From Thermodesulfatator indicus DSM 15286 (GTDB lineage: Bacteria > Desulfobacterota > Thermodesulfobacteria > Thermodesulfobacteriales > Thermodesulfatatoraceae), in the NCBI RefSeq assembly GCF_000217795.1, contig NC_015681.1:641244-673243 (forward strand): a DNA stretch of 32,000 nucleotides. Reading direction: 5' to 3'. A program made the translations under genes and the position numbers. Shown here one piece after another: positions 24,253-32,000 of the stretch (within the stretch, counting starts at the first letter, position 1; each line of letters starts with the position of its first letter). The notes beneath the pieces were generated by a model. That model was not told the origin of the DNA and did not search any database. It saw nothing but the letters and a program-made list of their open reading frames with translations.

Positions 24253-26895
24253 ATGAAACAAGTAAAATTTTTGTTTTTTTCATTTTTTATCATATGTCTG
24301 GCTTTAAAAGGGGTATGGGCTATGGAAATTGCTCCTGGACTTTACAAAACTGTTCTGGATAATGGGCTCACCTTAATAGTTGAAGAAAATCACCGAGCTC
24401 CAGTGGTTTCAGTCCAAGTATGGGTAAAAGCTGGAAGCGCTTATGAAAAAGACGACGAAGCCGGCATAACCCATTTAATAGAACACATGATTTTTAAAGG
24501 CACCGAAAAGCGCAAGCCTGGAGAGATTGCCGACACTATTGAAAGTTTTGGCGGAAATATAAATGCTTTCACCTCTTATGATTATACCTGTTATTACGTT
24601 AACGGCCCATCAGAGATCCTTGATACAGCTTTAGATGTCCTTTCTGATGCTATTTTTCACTCGGTTTTTGATCCCACCGAACTCGAGCGCGAAAAACAAG
24701 TGGTTTTAGAAGAAATGCGCATGCGGCAAGACCGGCCAGCTCTGGCCTTGGCAGAAGCGGTAATGCAAAAAGCTTATCTCAAATATCCTTATCGTCGTCC
24801 TATAATCGGCTATCCAGAAACAGTAAAGGCCATCACCCGTGATGATATTTTAAAATATATGGCTAGAAGATATCGTCCCGCCCATATGGCAGTGGTCATT
24901 GTAGGTGATGTAGAAGCCGAAACAGCACTTGCCAAAGCAGCGACTTATTTTGGCCAAGAACCTAAAAAGCCCCCTGTAGAAGTGAATTTCCCAAAAGAGC
25001 CACCCAAAAAAAAGCCCATTTTAGTTACTCTTAATAAAGAAGTTCAGGAAGGATATTTTCAGCTGGCTTTACCAGGTCCCAGCCTTTTAGACAAAGAGGC
25101 TCCAGTAATGGATGTTATCGCCGCTATTTTGGGGCAAGGTGAATCTTCACGCCTTTACCGCGCACTCAGACGAGAAAAAGGTATTGTACATACAGTTTAT
25201 GCTTACACCTTCACCCCCAAAGGCCCAGGGCTCTTTGAAGTAGCGGGCACAGCCCCAGTAGAAAACCTACGTGAAAGTTTAAAAGAGGCTTTGGTAGAAA
25301 TATTCCGTTTGAAATACGAGCCAGTTTTGCCTGAAGAGTTAAACAAGGCCAAAGTCATGGTAGCGGCTGATTTTGTTTATAGCCGTGAAACTATGCAGGG
25401 AGAGGCTCGCAAGCTTGGAGCCTTTGAAATGATTACTGGTGACCCATTAAAAGCCAAGGCTTATCTTGAGGCCATAAAAAAAGTAACTCCGGCCCAAATT
25501 AAAGAAGTAGCCCAGAAGTTTTTTACCCCCCAAGCAGTAGTAGCAGGGCTTCTAGCCCAAAATGTTTCTCAAATAATCTCCCAAGAAGAGTTAGAAAACC
25601 TAGTAGAAGAAGCGGAGATGGAGGCCTCTGGCATAACCCCGGAAATGGAACGCTGGGTAGCCCCAACGGTTAAAAAGAAGCTTCCAAACGGGCTAACGGT
25701 ACTTATTACTCCCCAAAAAGACGTTCCTTCGCTAGCTATGACTTTAGTTTTTCCAGGAGGCCTTAGATTTGAAACCAAAGAAACCAACGGTCTTTTTAGG
25801 ACCCTTGCCGGGTTATGGACCAAAGGCACCACTAAACATTCAGCTGAAGTGTTGGCTACATTGATTGAATCCATGGGTGGAGAGATTTCTGGTTTTTCCG
25901 GACGCAATACCTTTGGCTTAAAAGGCGTTTTCCTTGCTGATTATCTGGATAAAGCCCTTTCTATCTTTGCTGAAATAGCTGAAAATCCAGCCTTTTCGCA
26001 AGATGAATTAGAAAAACTCAAACCAGAACTACTTTCAGCTTTAGCTCGCCAGAAAGATGATCCCCTTCAACTGGCGGTGAAGGAATTTTATCGCCTTCTC
26101 TTTTCTCCACATCCATACGGCCTAAATATTTTAGGTTCTCCAGAGGTAATACAAAATCTCACAGCTGAAGACATAAAGAAGGCCTATGATTCTTTTGTTG
26201 CTCCTTCAAGAGGAGTGCTGGCCATTGTTGGCGACGTAGATCCTGAAAAAGTTTTGCCTTTAATAGAAAAATATTTTGGTACTTGGCAAAAAGAGGCTCC
26301 ACCATTGCCAGAAGATAAGGAACCTGAGCCACTTCTTGAGCCTAGAATTTCTACCATTAACATGGACCGTGAACAGGTTCACCTTATCCTAGGCTTTAGA
26401 GGGCCTGATATATTCTCTCAGGACCGATATGCCATGGAAGTTTTAAACGCCATTTTAGCTGGGCAAGGCGGGCGCTTATTCAAAGAATTACGAGACAAAG
26501 AGGCCCTCGCCTATTCGGTTACTTCCTTTCTAACCTTAGGAATCAACACAGGCGGAATTGGTTTCTATATAGCAACAGAACCGGCCAAAAAGAAGTTAGC
26601 TCTAGCTGGGCTCTGGCAGGAGATCACCAAAATAACCCAAGAAGGCGTAACCGACGAAGAAATAAAACGAGCTAAAAGATGGTTAGTAGGGCGCTACTTA
26701 ACAAGTCTCCAAACCAACAGTGCCCAGGCCATGGAACAGGCGGTAAATGAAATCCTGGGGCTGGGATATAATTACGGTTTGCGTTACATTCAAAAGATTC
26801 AAAATGTTGACTGGGAAAACATAAACGACGTAGCTAAAAAATATCTTCAAAATCAAAGCTATGTCTTAGTCACCGTAGGGCCAATTGAAGACTAG
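24253..26895 (+). CDS. Secreted M16-family zinc peptidase, tandem (two M16 modules fused, PqqL-like)
   Basis: 880-aa ORF with a signal peptide (MKQVKFLFFSFFIICLALKGVWA) and the inverted zincin motif HxxEH (GITHLIEHMIFKGT). A second M16-like module begins after about residue 470 (KKKLPNGLTVLI...). Confidence 0.9.
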   Translation: MKQVKFLFFSFFIICLALKGVWAMEIAPGLYKTVLDNGLTLIVEENHRAPVVSVQVWVKAGSAYEKDDEAGITHLIEHMIFKGTEKRKPGEIADTIESFGGNINAFTSYDYTCYYVNGPSEILDTALDVLSDAIFHSVFDPTELEREKQVVLEEMRMRQDRPALALAEAVMQKAYLKYPYRRPIIGYPETVKAITRDDILKYMARRYRPAHMAVVIVGDVEAETALAKAATYFGQEPKKPPVEVNFPKEPPKKKPILVTLNKEVQEGYFQLALPGPSLLDKEAPVMDVIAAILGQGESSRLYRALRREKGIVHTVYAYTFTPKGPGLFEVAGTAPVENLRESLKEALVEIFRLKYEPVLPEELNKAKVMVAADFVYSRETMQGEARKLGAFEMITGDPLKAKAYLEAIKKVTPAQIKEVAQKFFTPQAVVAGLLAQNVSQIISQEELENLVEEAEMEASGITPEMERWVAPTVKKKLPNGLTVLITPQKDVPSLAMTLVFPGGLRFETKETNGLFRTLAGLWTKGTTKHSAEVLATLIESMGGEISGFSGRNTFGLKGVFLADYLDKALSIFAEIAENPAFSQDELEKLKPELLSALARQKDDPLQLAVKEFYRLLFSPHPYGLNILGSPEVIQNLTAEDIKKAYDSFVAPSRGVLAIVGDVDPEKVLPLIEKYFGTWQKEAPPLPEDKEPEPLLEPRISTINMDREQVHLILGFRGPDIFSQDRYAMEVLNAILAGQGGRLFKELRDKEALAYSVTSFLTLGINTGGIGFYIATEPAKKKLALAGLWQEITKITQEGVTDEEIKRAKRWLVGRYLTSLQTNSAQAMEQAVNEILGLGYNYGLRYIQKIQNVDWENINDVAKKYLQNQSYVLVTVGPIED

Positions 26896-26927
26896 CCATT
26901 GATTCTCGCTTAAGCGGGAATCAATGG
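26896..26927. other. Strong stem-loop immediately after the peptidase stop codon (terminator or RNA-stability element candidate)
   Basis: CCATTGATTCTCGC-TTAA-GCGGGAATCAATGG forms a 14-bp stem (one G-U) with a TTAA loop, starting 1 nt after TAG. It is not followed by a clear T-tract on either strand. Confidence 0.4.
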
Positions 26928-27028
26928 TACTAAAATAGCTGCCCTTGAGGCCAGTTATCGCGGGTTCACCCTGAAAGGACTCTAGGGTTACGCCCCCATA
27001 CCTTGCCTCCAATAGTTACCAGGGGAGA

Positions 27029-27334
27029 CTAGGGGTTATACATTTTAAAGGTTTCGTGTAAAGATTGAGCAATAGCTGAAAGGACAGCCAGCCATATAGC
27101 CAATTTGATACCGCTTTTTAAAGGAAAAGGTTGTTTTAAAAATTTGCGACAGATACCAGAAAACATGTAAGCCATAACACCACTATAAAAAAAGAAACTA
27201 AAAACCCACCTGAAAGACTCATAAATAGTTCTTTCGAGGTTTTCAGGATAATAGCGAATACTGAAAAGAATGCACAGAATAATTCCCGAAAAAAGGTATA
27301 TTTTTTCTTTTAAGGTAAAAGAGGGCCAATTCAT
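27029..27334 (-). CDS. Small hypothetical membrane protein (about 3 TM helices)
   Basis: 101-aa ORF whose start overlaps the DUF364 gene stop by 4 nt (ATGA). It has three hydrophobic segments (IYLFSGIILCILFSI, WVFSFFFYSGVMAYMFSGI, IKLAIWLAVLSAIA). I recognise no domain. Confidence 0.55.
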   Translation of the reverse strand: MNWPSFTLKEKIYLFSGIILCILFSIRYYPENLERTIYESFRWVFSFFFYSGVMAYMFSGICRKFLKQPFPLKSGIKLAIWLAVLSAIAQSLHETFKMYNP

Positions 27335-28095
27335 TCTAATCTTAAGTTTACTTTTTCCACGTAAGGTTTAAAAGCCTTGGTACCTTTTGCTTCACTTACC
27401 AGGGTTAAAATCTTTTCATCTTTTACTAGCAGGCCAGAAAGGATGGTTATCGGTGTATCCCTGAAGGCTTCGGGAAACAAAGGAGTGCTAGGCCCTAGAA
27501 GAATTACTTCTCGTGGTTTATGCAAATATTCAAAAATTTCTTCAAGGGTTTTATTTATAAGGGTAACCGAGGTAATTATAGCTACAGTGGCCTGGGGCAA
27601 AAGGTCAAACATATCACTTTCGCGAAGAGTTTCCGCGTGTCTAGCTGGATTTCTTTCAAATATCCATAGTTCCGCCACTTTATTTCTCAATTTTTGTGCC
27701 AGAGGTTCAAAATAACCCACCATAGCCACTCTATCTTCAGAAGTTATCGTGGCAAGTTTTAAAGGATCTCCCAAAAGATAGTCTTCTCTAGGATTATTCA
27801 AAATGGCATTTATAGTGGCTAACCCCACTCCCGCTTCTAACAGATTAGCCGAAAGGAAATACTTAGCCACTACGTCAGCAGGTTTCCCTGCAAAACTAAC
27901 TTCTGGCGGCAGTATATTACAACTCAGTTTTTCTTCTAAAATGGTATAGCCCAAACCTATTTGGCCGCTATCAAGCTTTACGGCTGTATAACCAAGACCG
28001 AGGCGCACGTCATCTATCATGCGTCCTCGGCCTTGGGAAAGGGCTTTTTCTAAAAGGCGTTCGTAAATATTCATCTTAGGATTTTTTAAGGCCAC
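27331..28095 (-). CDS. DUF364/DUF4213 (putative metal-chelation Rossmann-like) protein
   Basis: 254-aa ORF. VRLGLGYTAVKLDSGQIGLGYT ... VAMVGYFEPL ... AIITSVTLINKTL matches the DUF4213+DUF364 pattern as I remember it. The start is uncertain: GTG 28095 overlaps mrp by 20 nt, and an alternative ATG at 28074 sits just after the mrp stop. Confidence 0.7.
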   Translation of the reverse strand: MALKNPKMNIYERLLEKALSQGRGRMIDDVRLGLGYTAVKLDSGQIGLGYTILEEKLSCNILPPEVSFAGKPADVVAKYFLSANLLEAGVGLATINAILNNPREDYLLGDPLKLATITSEDRVAMVGYFEPLAQKLRNKVAELWIFERNPARHAETLRESDMFDLLPQATVAIITSVTLINKTLEEIFEYLHKPREVILLGPSTPLFPEAFRDTPITILSGLLVKDEKILTLVSEAKGTKAFKPYVEKVNLRLE

Positions 28096-29173
28096 AGCTT
28101 CCCATCTTCTCGAACTCTAGAGACTGAGTAGCTATTTTTTCAGCTATCTCTCCAAAGACTTTACCTAATTCACTTTCAGGATCAAGGGCTGCTGGTTTTC
28201 CAATTTCACCACTTTTGGAAAGATTTGGATCTAGTGGCACCTTGCCAAGCAAAGGTACTCTCAGATCTTTTGCTAGTTTCTCTCCTCCCCCTTCACCAAA
28301 AACAGGGATGACCTGCTCCTTACCATCTGGGCCTACTGTTTTGAGGTAGGACATGTTCTCTACAATACCAAAAATCCTGGTACCAAGTTCATTGAACATG
28401 TTTATGGAACGAACCACATCAGATAGCGCCACTTTTTGAGGCGTGGTAACAATGACCACTCCTCTTAAAGGGAAGACCTGAGCCACGGTTAAAGGTGCGT
28501 CACCAGTTCCAGGGGGTAGGTCAATTACTAAGAAATCAAGAACACCCCAGTCCACAGCTTCAGCAAGTTCTGAAAGGGCCCGATGTACCAAAGGACCACG
28601 CCAAATGATGGCCTGCCCTTCAGGAGCCAAAAATCCGAAGGACATGACTTTAATACCCCAGCGCTCAGGAGGTACCAAAAGATTATCTCTGGTAAAAGGT
28701 CTTTCACCTTGAAGTCCCATAAGCAAAGGGACATTGGGACCATAAATATCAGCGTCAAGGATTCCCACTTTATAGCCTTTTTTAGCAAGAGCCACCGCCA
28801 GGTTCACAGACACCGTGGTCTTACCTACTCCACCTTTACCACTGGCCACGGCAATAATATGTCTTATGTCTTTTAAGGCCTTTTTCTCAGGAACTTTCTT
28901 TTTACCGAGAATTTTTTCACGTTCTTCAGGGGTCATAGTAGTCAGTTCAACATCTACTTCTTTTACCCCTGGAACTTCAGAAACAGCTTTTTTGACATCA
29001 CCAGCAATACGACCTTTCATAGGGCAGCCGGCTATAGTTAAAGCCACTACTACCTTTACCTTGTCACCATCAATTTTTACATCTCGAATCATTCCCAAAT
29101 CTACCAGACTACGGCCAAGCTCGGGATCTTTAACCTTTTTGAGAACCTCCATTATCTCTTCACGCGTTGGCAT
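28076..29173 (-). CDS. mrp: Mrp/ApbC/NBP35-family Fe-S cluster carrier ATPase with N-terminal DUF59 (MIP18) domain
   Basis: 365-aa ORF with AGGAGG upstream. It has a DUF59-like N-terminus (VLKKVKDPELGRSLVDLGMIRDV), the deviant Walker A VASGKGGVGKTTVS, and DLPPGTGD. Confidence 0.9.
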   Translation of the reverse strand: MPTREEIMEVLKKVKDPELGRSLVDLGMIRDVKIDGDKVKVVVALTIAGCPMKGRIAGDVKKAVSEVPGVKEVDVELTTMTPEEREKILGKKKVPEKKALKDIRHIIAVASGKGGVGKTTVSVNLAVALAKKGYKVGILDADIYGPNVPLLMGLQGERPFTRDNLLVPPERWGIKVMSFGFLAPEGQAIIWRGPLVHRALSELAEAVDWGVLDFLVIDLPPGTGDAPLTVAQVFPLRGVVIVTTPQKVALSDVVRSINMFNELGTRIFGIVENMSYLKTVGPDGKEQVIPVFGEGGGEKLAKDLRVPLLGKVPLDPNLSKSGEIGKPAALDPESELGKVFGEIAEKIATQSLEFEKMGSCGLKKS

Positions 29174-29286
29174 AACTCGAACCTCCTATTTGTTAATTGA
29201 GACTTAATTTTAACACCGGTTAACCGGGTGACTAGAGGAAACTAAAGTTTTTTTTGTAAAAGAGATAGCTTTTAGCTAAATAAAAT

Positions 29287-30687
29287 TTACTTACCTAAAC
29301 AGAAATTGCTGAAAATGCGGTCAAGGAGGTCTTCGGTAGTGGTCTCTCCCGTTATTTCTCCAAGAGAGCTTAAAGCGTCTCTTAAATCAATAGCTATAAG
29401 TTCAGGGTAAATATCTGTCTTTTTGAGATTGGAGATAGCCTGTTCTGTTGCTTTTAAGGCGTTTTCAATGGCCATTTTTTGCCGCAAATTGGGCACTACC
29501 GAAGGGATAAATTCTTCCGTGCGACCAGTTACCAGCTCAAAAATGGCTTCAGCTAAAGCCTCAAGACCTTCACCTGTACGCGCGGAGATAAAAATAAGCT
29601 TTTCTTGAGGGAATATTTCGCGATAACGATTCAAATTTTCGTGAGAGGCAATGTCTATTTTGTTGATCACTACCAAGTGTGGCATGGCCTTTATTTCCTG
29701 GTAAAGCTTTAAATCTTCTTCAGTAGGCTCCAGAGAACCATCAAGCATAAAAATTACCACATCTGCGGTAGCAATCTTTTCTTTGGCCTTTTTAACCCCT
29801 ATTTCTTCCACTAAGTCTTCTGTTTCTCTAAGGCCAGCTGTATCAATAAGACGAACAGGTAAGCCTTTTATAGTAGCAAATTCTTCGATAATATCGCGGG
29901 TGGTTCCAGGAATAGGCGTAACAATGGCCCTTTCTTCGGCAAGCAAAGCATTAAGAAGGCTTGATTTACCAACATTAGGGCGGCCTGCGATTACCACGGC
30001 AATACCCTCGCGATACAAACGCCCCTCCTGATAGTTTTTAAGCAATTCTTTAAGCGGCTCAAGAACTTGATTTTCTAAATTTTCCGCCAGTTCATAATGA
30101 GAAATAATCTCTACGTCTTCGTCGGGGAAATCCACGGCCACTTCTACTACAGCCAAAGCTGAAAGTAAGGCCTCACGCACAGGTCTTAATTTCTCAGCTA
30201 AAGCGCCGCGAAGCTGATTTAAGGCCAGCTTAAGACTTTCTTCCGAACGAGCGTTTATAAGGTCTAGCAGAGCCTCGGCCTGAGAAAGATCAATGCGGCC
30301 ATTCAAAAAAGCACGCTTGGTAAACTCTCCTGGTTCAGCCAAACGAGCCCCTTCTTTTAAAACCAGTTCAAGTATCTTGGTTAACACCAGGTAGCCACTG
30401 TGGCCGTAAATTTCAAGGACGTCCTCGCGGGTGTAAGTGTGGGGCTTTCGCATCAAAGTTATTAAAACTTCATCAACAGGAGTCTCGGTTTCAGGATTTA
30501 CTATGTAGCCATAATACAAGCGGTGGCTTTGAAATTCTTTGATTGGCTTCTTGGAACGGAAAAGACGTTTTAAAATTTTCTCTGAAAGACTACCACTTAC
30601 TTTAATGACCCCTATGGCTCCCGGGCCAATAGGCGTAGCAATAGCGGCGATAGTGGCTTCCGTATATTCTAAATCCTTTAACTTCAT
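29287..30687 (-). CDS. mnmE: tRNA uridine-5-carboxymethylaminomethyl modification GTPase MnmE (TrmE)
   Basis: 466-aa ORF with G1 GRPNVGKSSLLN, G3 DTAGLRE and G4 NKID, plus the characteristic C-terminal CLGK tail. It has a 4-nt overlap with jag. Confidence 0.95.
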   Translation of the reverse strand: MKLKDLEYTEATIAAIATPIGPGAIGVIKVSGSLSEKILKRLFRSKKPIKEFQSHRLYYGYIVNPETETPVDEVLITLMRKPHTYTREDVLEIYGHSGYLVLTKILELVLKEGARLAEPGEFTKRAFLNGRIDLSQAEALLDLINARSEESLKLALNQLRGALAEKLRPVREALLSALAVVEVAVDFPDEDVEIISHYELAENLENQVLEPLKELLKNYQEGRLYREGIAVVIAGRPNVGKSSLLNALLAEERAIVTPIPGTTRDIIEEFATIKGLPVRLIDTAGLRETEDLVEEIGVKKAKEKIATADVVIFMLDGSLEPTEEDLKLYQEIKAMPHLVVINKIDIASHENLNRYREIFPQEKLIFISARTGEGLEALAEAIFELVTGRTEEFIPSVVPNLRQKMAIENALKATEQAISNLKKTDIYPELIAIDLRDALSSLGEITGETTTEDLLDRIFSNFCLGK

Positions 30688-31343
30688 TTAGGCCTTCGTC
30701 CAGAAAAACGACTACTCTGAGGGAAGATTACCACACGACGTTTTTGCCCTACCCCCCTACTGCGGCTAATAACCCCTTTCATTTTTTTTACTGCTAGGTG
30801 AATTTGACGACGATCACTAGCAGGCATCGGAGGGAGAAAAACCGGCTTTTTGGTTTTAATAGCTTCTTTGGCTGCTTTGCGGGCCAAACCTTCTAGTTTT
30901 TGGCTCTTACCATTTTTAAAGCCTTCAATATTAAGAGTTATTTTAGGCCCTACCCCTAATCTTTTGGCTACGATTTTGTTAATCAGATACTGCAAAGCAT
31001 TTAAAGGCGCGCCATCTTTGGCCACGAATAATTTACTGTCAGGCCCGGAAAGTGAAAAAGAAATGCCATTTGGTTTAATTTCAAAAGAAAAGTTAATTTC
31101 CAAGTCACCACTAGTTATTAACTTAACTAGAACTCTCTGGGCTTCTTCTGCCCTTTTCTTTAAAAGGGTCTCAGGTTTTATGCTTGCTTTTATGCGCGCT
31201 TTTTTGGCTCCTATTCCAAATATACCTGTAGAACCCTGACTCAAAACCTCTATATCTAGATCGTCTCTTTCTACGCCAAAGTGTTTACAAGCTAATTCTA
31301 CGGCCTGATCTAAAGTTTTGGCTTCGAATTCTTCAGATATCAT
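30684..31343 (-). CDS. jag: Jag/KhpB RNA-binding protein (Jag_N + KH-like + R3H)
   Basis: 219-aa ORF with a Jag N-terminal pattern ([14 protein letters not shown]) and an R3H motif ([11 protein letters not shown]). It sits in the conserved position between yidC and mnmE. Confidence 0.85.
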   Translation of the reverse strand: MISEEFEAKTLDQAVELACKHFGVERDDLDIEVLSQGSTGIFGIGAKKARIKASIKPETLLKKRAEEAQRVLVKLITSGDLEINFSFEIKPNGISFSLSGPDSKLFVAKDGAPLNALQYLINKIVAKRLGVGPKITLNIEGFKNGKSQKLEGLARKAAKEAIKTKKPVFLPPMPASDRRQIHLAVKKMKGVISRSRGVGQKRRVVIFPQSSRFSGRRPK

Positions 31344-32000
31344 GCCCTACTCCGCTCAAGCATTTTATTAGTAATCACCTGCTGAACAATAGAAAGAATA
31401 TTATTGGTAAGCCAATAAAGAACTAAACCTGAGGGAAAGTTCACAAAAAGTATTGTAAAAAATATAGGCATTAAAAGCATCATTTTTTCCTGAGTAGGAT
31501 CCATAGATGTAGGAGTCAATTTCTGCTGAAAATACATAGAAATTCCCATAAGTATAGTCAATACCGGAATGCCTCCTAAATAAGGGATATCTATACCCAC
31601 CGGCAATCTATCAGGAGAAGAAAGGTCTTTTATCCAGGCAAAGAAAGGTGCATGGCGCAACTCAATGGCCATCAGAAGAACTTTATATAAAGAGAAAAAT
31701 ACTGGAATTTGAATTATCATAGGAAGACAGCCCATAAAAGGATTAACCTTATAAGTCTTATAGATACGCATAAGCTCTTGATTAAGTTTTTCTTTATCAT
31801 CACCGTACTTCTCTTTTAATCTGGCGATAATGGGCTGAAGATCTTTCATCTTTTTCATGTTTTTCATACTAATGTGATTGAGAGGCCAAAAAATAATTCT
31901 AATAAGCACTGTTAACAAGATTATAGATATTCCATAGTTATGAGTGTATTTATAGAAAAATTTGAGAGCATAGAGAAGAGGTTTAGCTATAGGATCAAAA
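31340..32000 (-). CDS. yidC: Membrane protein insertase YidC, C-terminal part (N-terminus beyond the right edge)
   Basis: The track lists only a TTG-initiated fragment from 31918. The frame is open to 32000 ([40 protein letters not shown]...). The conserved YidC/Oxa1 core is present ([55 protein letters not shown]). Confidence 0.9.
   Translation of the reverse strand, partial: FDPIAKPLLYALKFFYKYTHNYGISIILLTVLIRIIFWPLNHISMKNMKKMKDLQPIIARLKEKYGDDKEKLNQELMRIYKTYKVNPFMGCLPMIIQIPVFFSLYKVLLMAIELRHAPFFAWIKDLSSPDRLPVGIDIPYLGGIPVLTILMGISMYFQQKLTPTSMDPTQEKMMLLMPIFFTILFVNFPSGLVLYWLTNNILSIVQQVITNKMLERSRA

Noticed and set aside
24034-24261. 75-aa minus-strand ORF in the YedE/peptidase intergenic region
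   Set aside because: It overlaps the peptidase start and SD, has no SD of its own and has AT-rich low-complexity composition. It is more likely non-coding control DNA.
26959-26973. GCGGGTTCACCCTG, which resembles a tRNA T-arm and hinted at a tRNA fragment or integration att site
   Set aside because: The loop lacks the conserved T-loop purine/A58 positions. No acceptor or anticodon arms can be drawn, and no integrase or mobile genes are nearby.
1-32000. By-eye search for CRISPR arrays, cas genes, transposases, integrases, toxin-antitoxin pairs, restriction-modification genes, rRNA and tRNA
   Set aside because: No ORF product shows the corresponding catalytic motifs, and no repeat-spacer periodicity or cloverleaf-capable sequence was seen in the few intergenic regions. 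This check was visual only and should be confirmed with tRNAscan-SE, Infernal, CRISPR finders and DefenseFinder/PADLOC.

Overview
This 32-kb window comes from a compact bacterial chromosome, roughly 40% GC by eye, with K/E/I-rich thermophile-style proteins. The gene content (BamA, LolCD, a YedE-TusA-DsrE-like cluster, Mrp, NfeD) suggests a Gram-negative anaerobic sulfur-metabolising thermophile such as a member of the Thermodesulfobacteria; this is inference only, since no search was possible. About 31 tightly packed, apparently intact protein genes are present. Many have overlapping stop/start codons and AAGGAGG-type Shine-Dalgarno sites. Most are housekeeping: bamA (partial, missing from the ORF track)-lolD-lolC/E-lysS, two UvrD-family helicases, recG, hom, hpt, a double M16 peptidase, mrp, and mnmE-jag-yidC (partial). 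I found no rRNA, tRNA, CRISPR array, transposase, integrase or recognisable defence island. The items most worth a second look are these. (1) A self-contained five-gene YedE-TusA-DsrE-like-CHP-CHP sulfur-relay operon (21447-23848), whose three small proteins may form a miniature DsrEFH-like trio. (2) A translationally coupled string nfeD-radical SAM-DUF4139-UvrD/AddA-like helicase-separate RecB-type nuclease (8639-15509). (3) Three GC-rich structured islands in otherwise AT-rich intergenic DNA (about 15600-15760, 24100-24175, 26896-27028), which are candidate small RNAs or leaders. (4) An mrp-DUF364-small membrane protein operon. All functional calls rest on motifs I read in the translations. 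No homology search, HMM or folding program was run.
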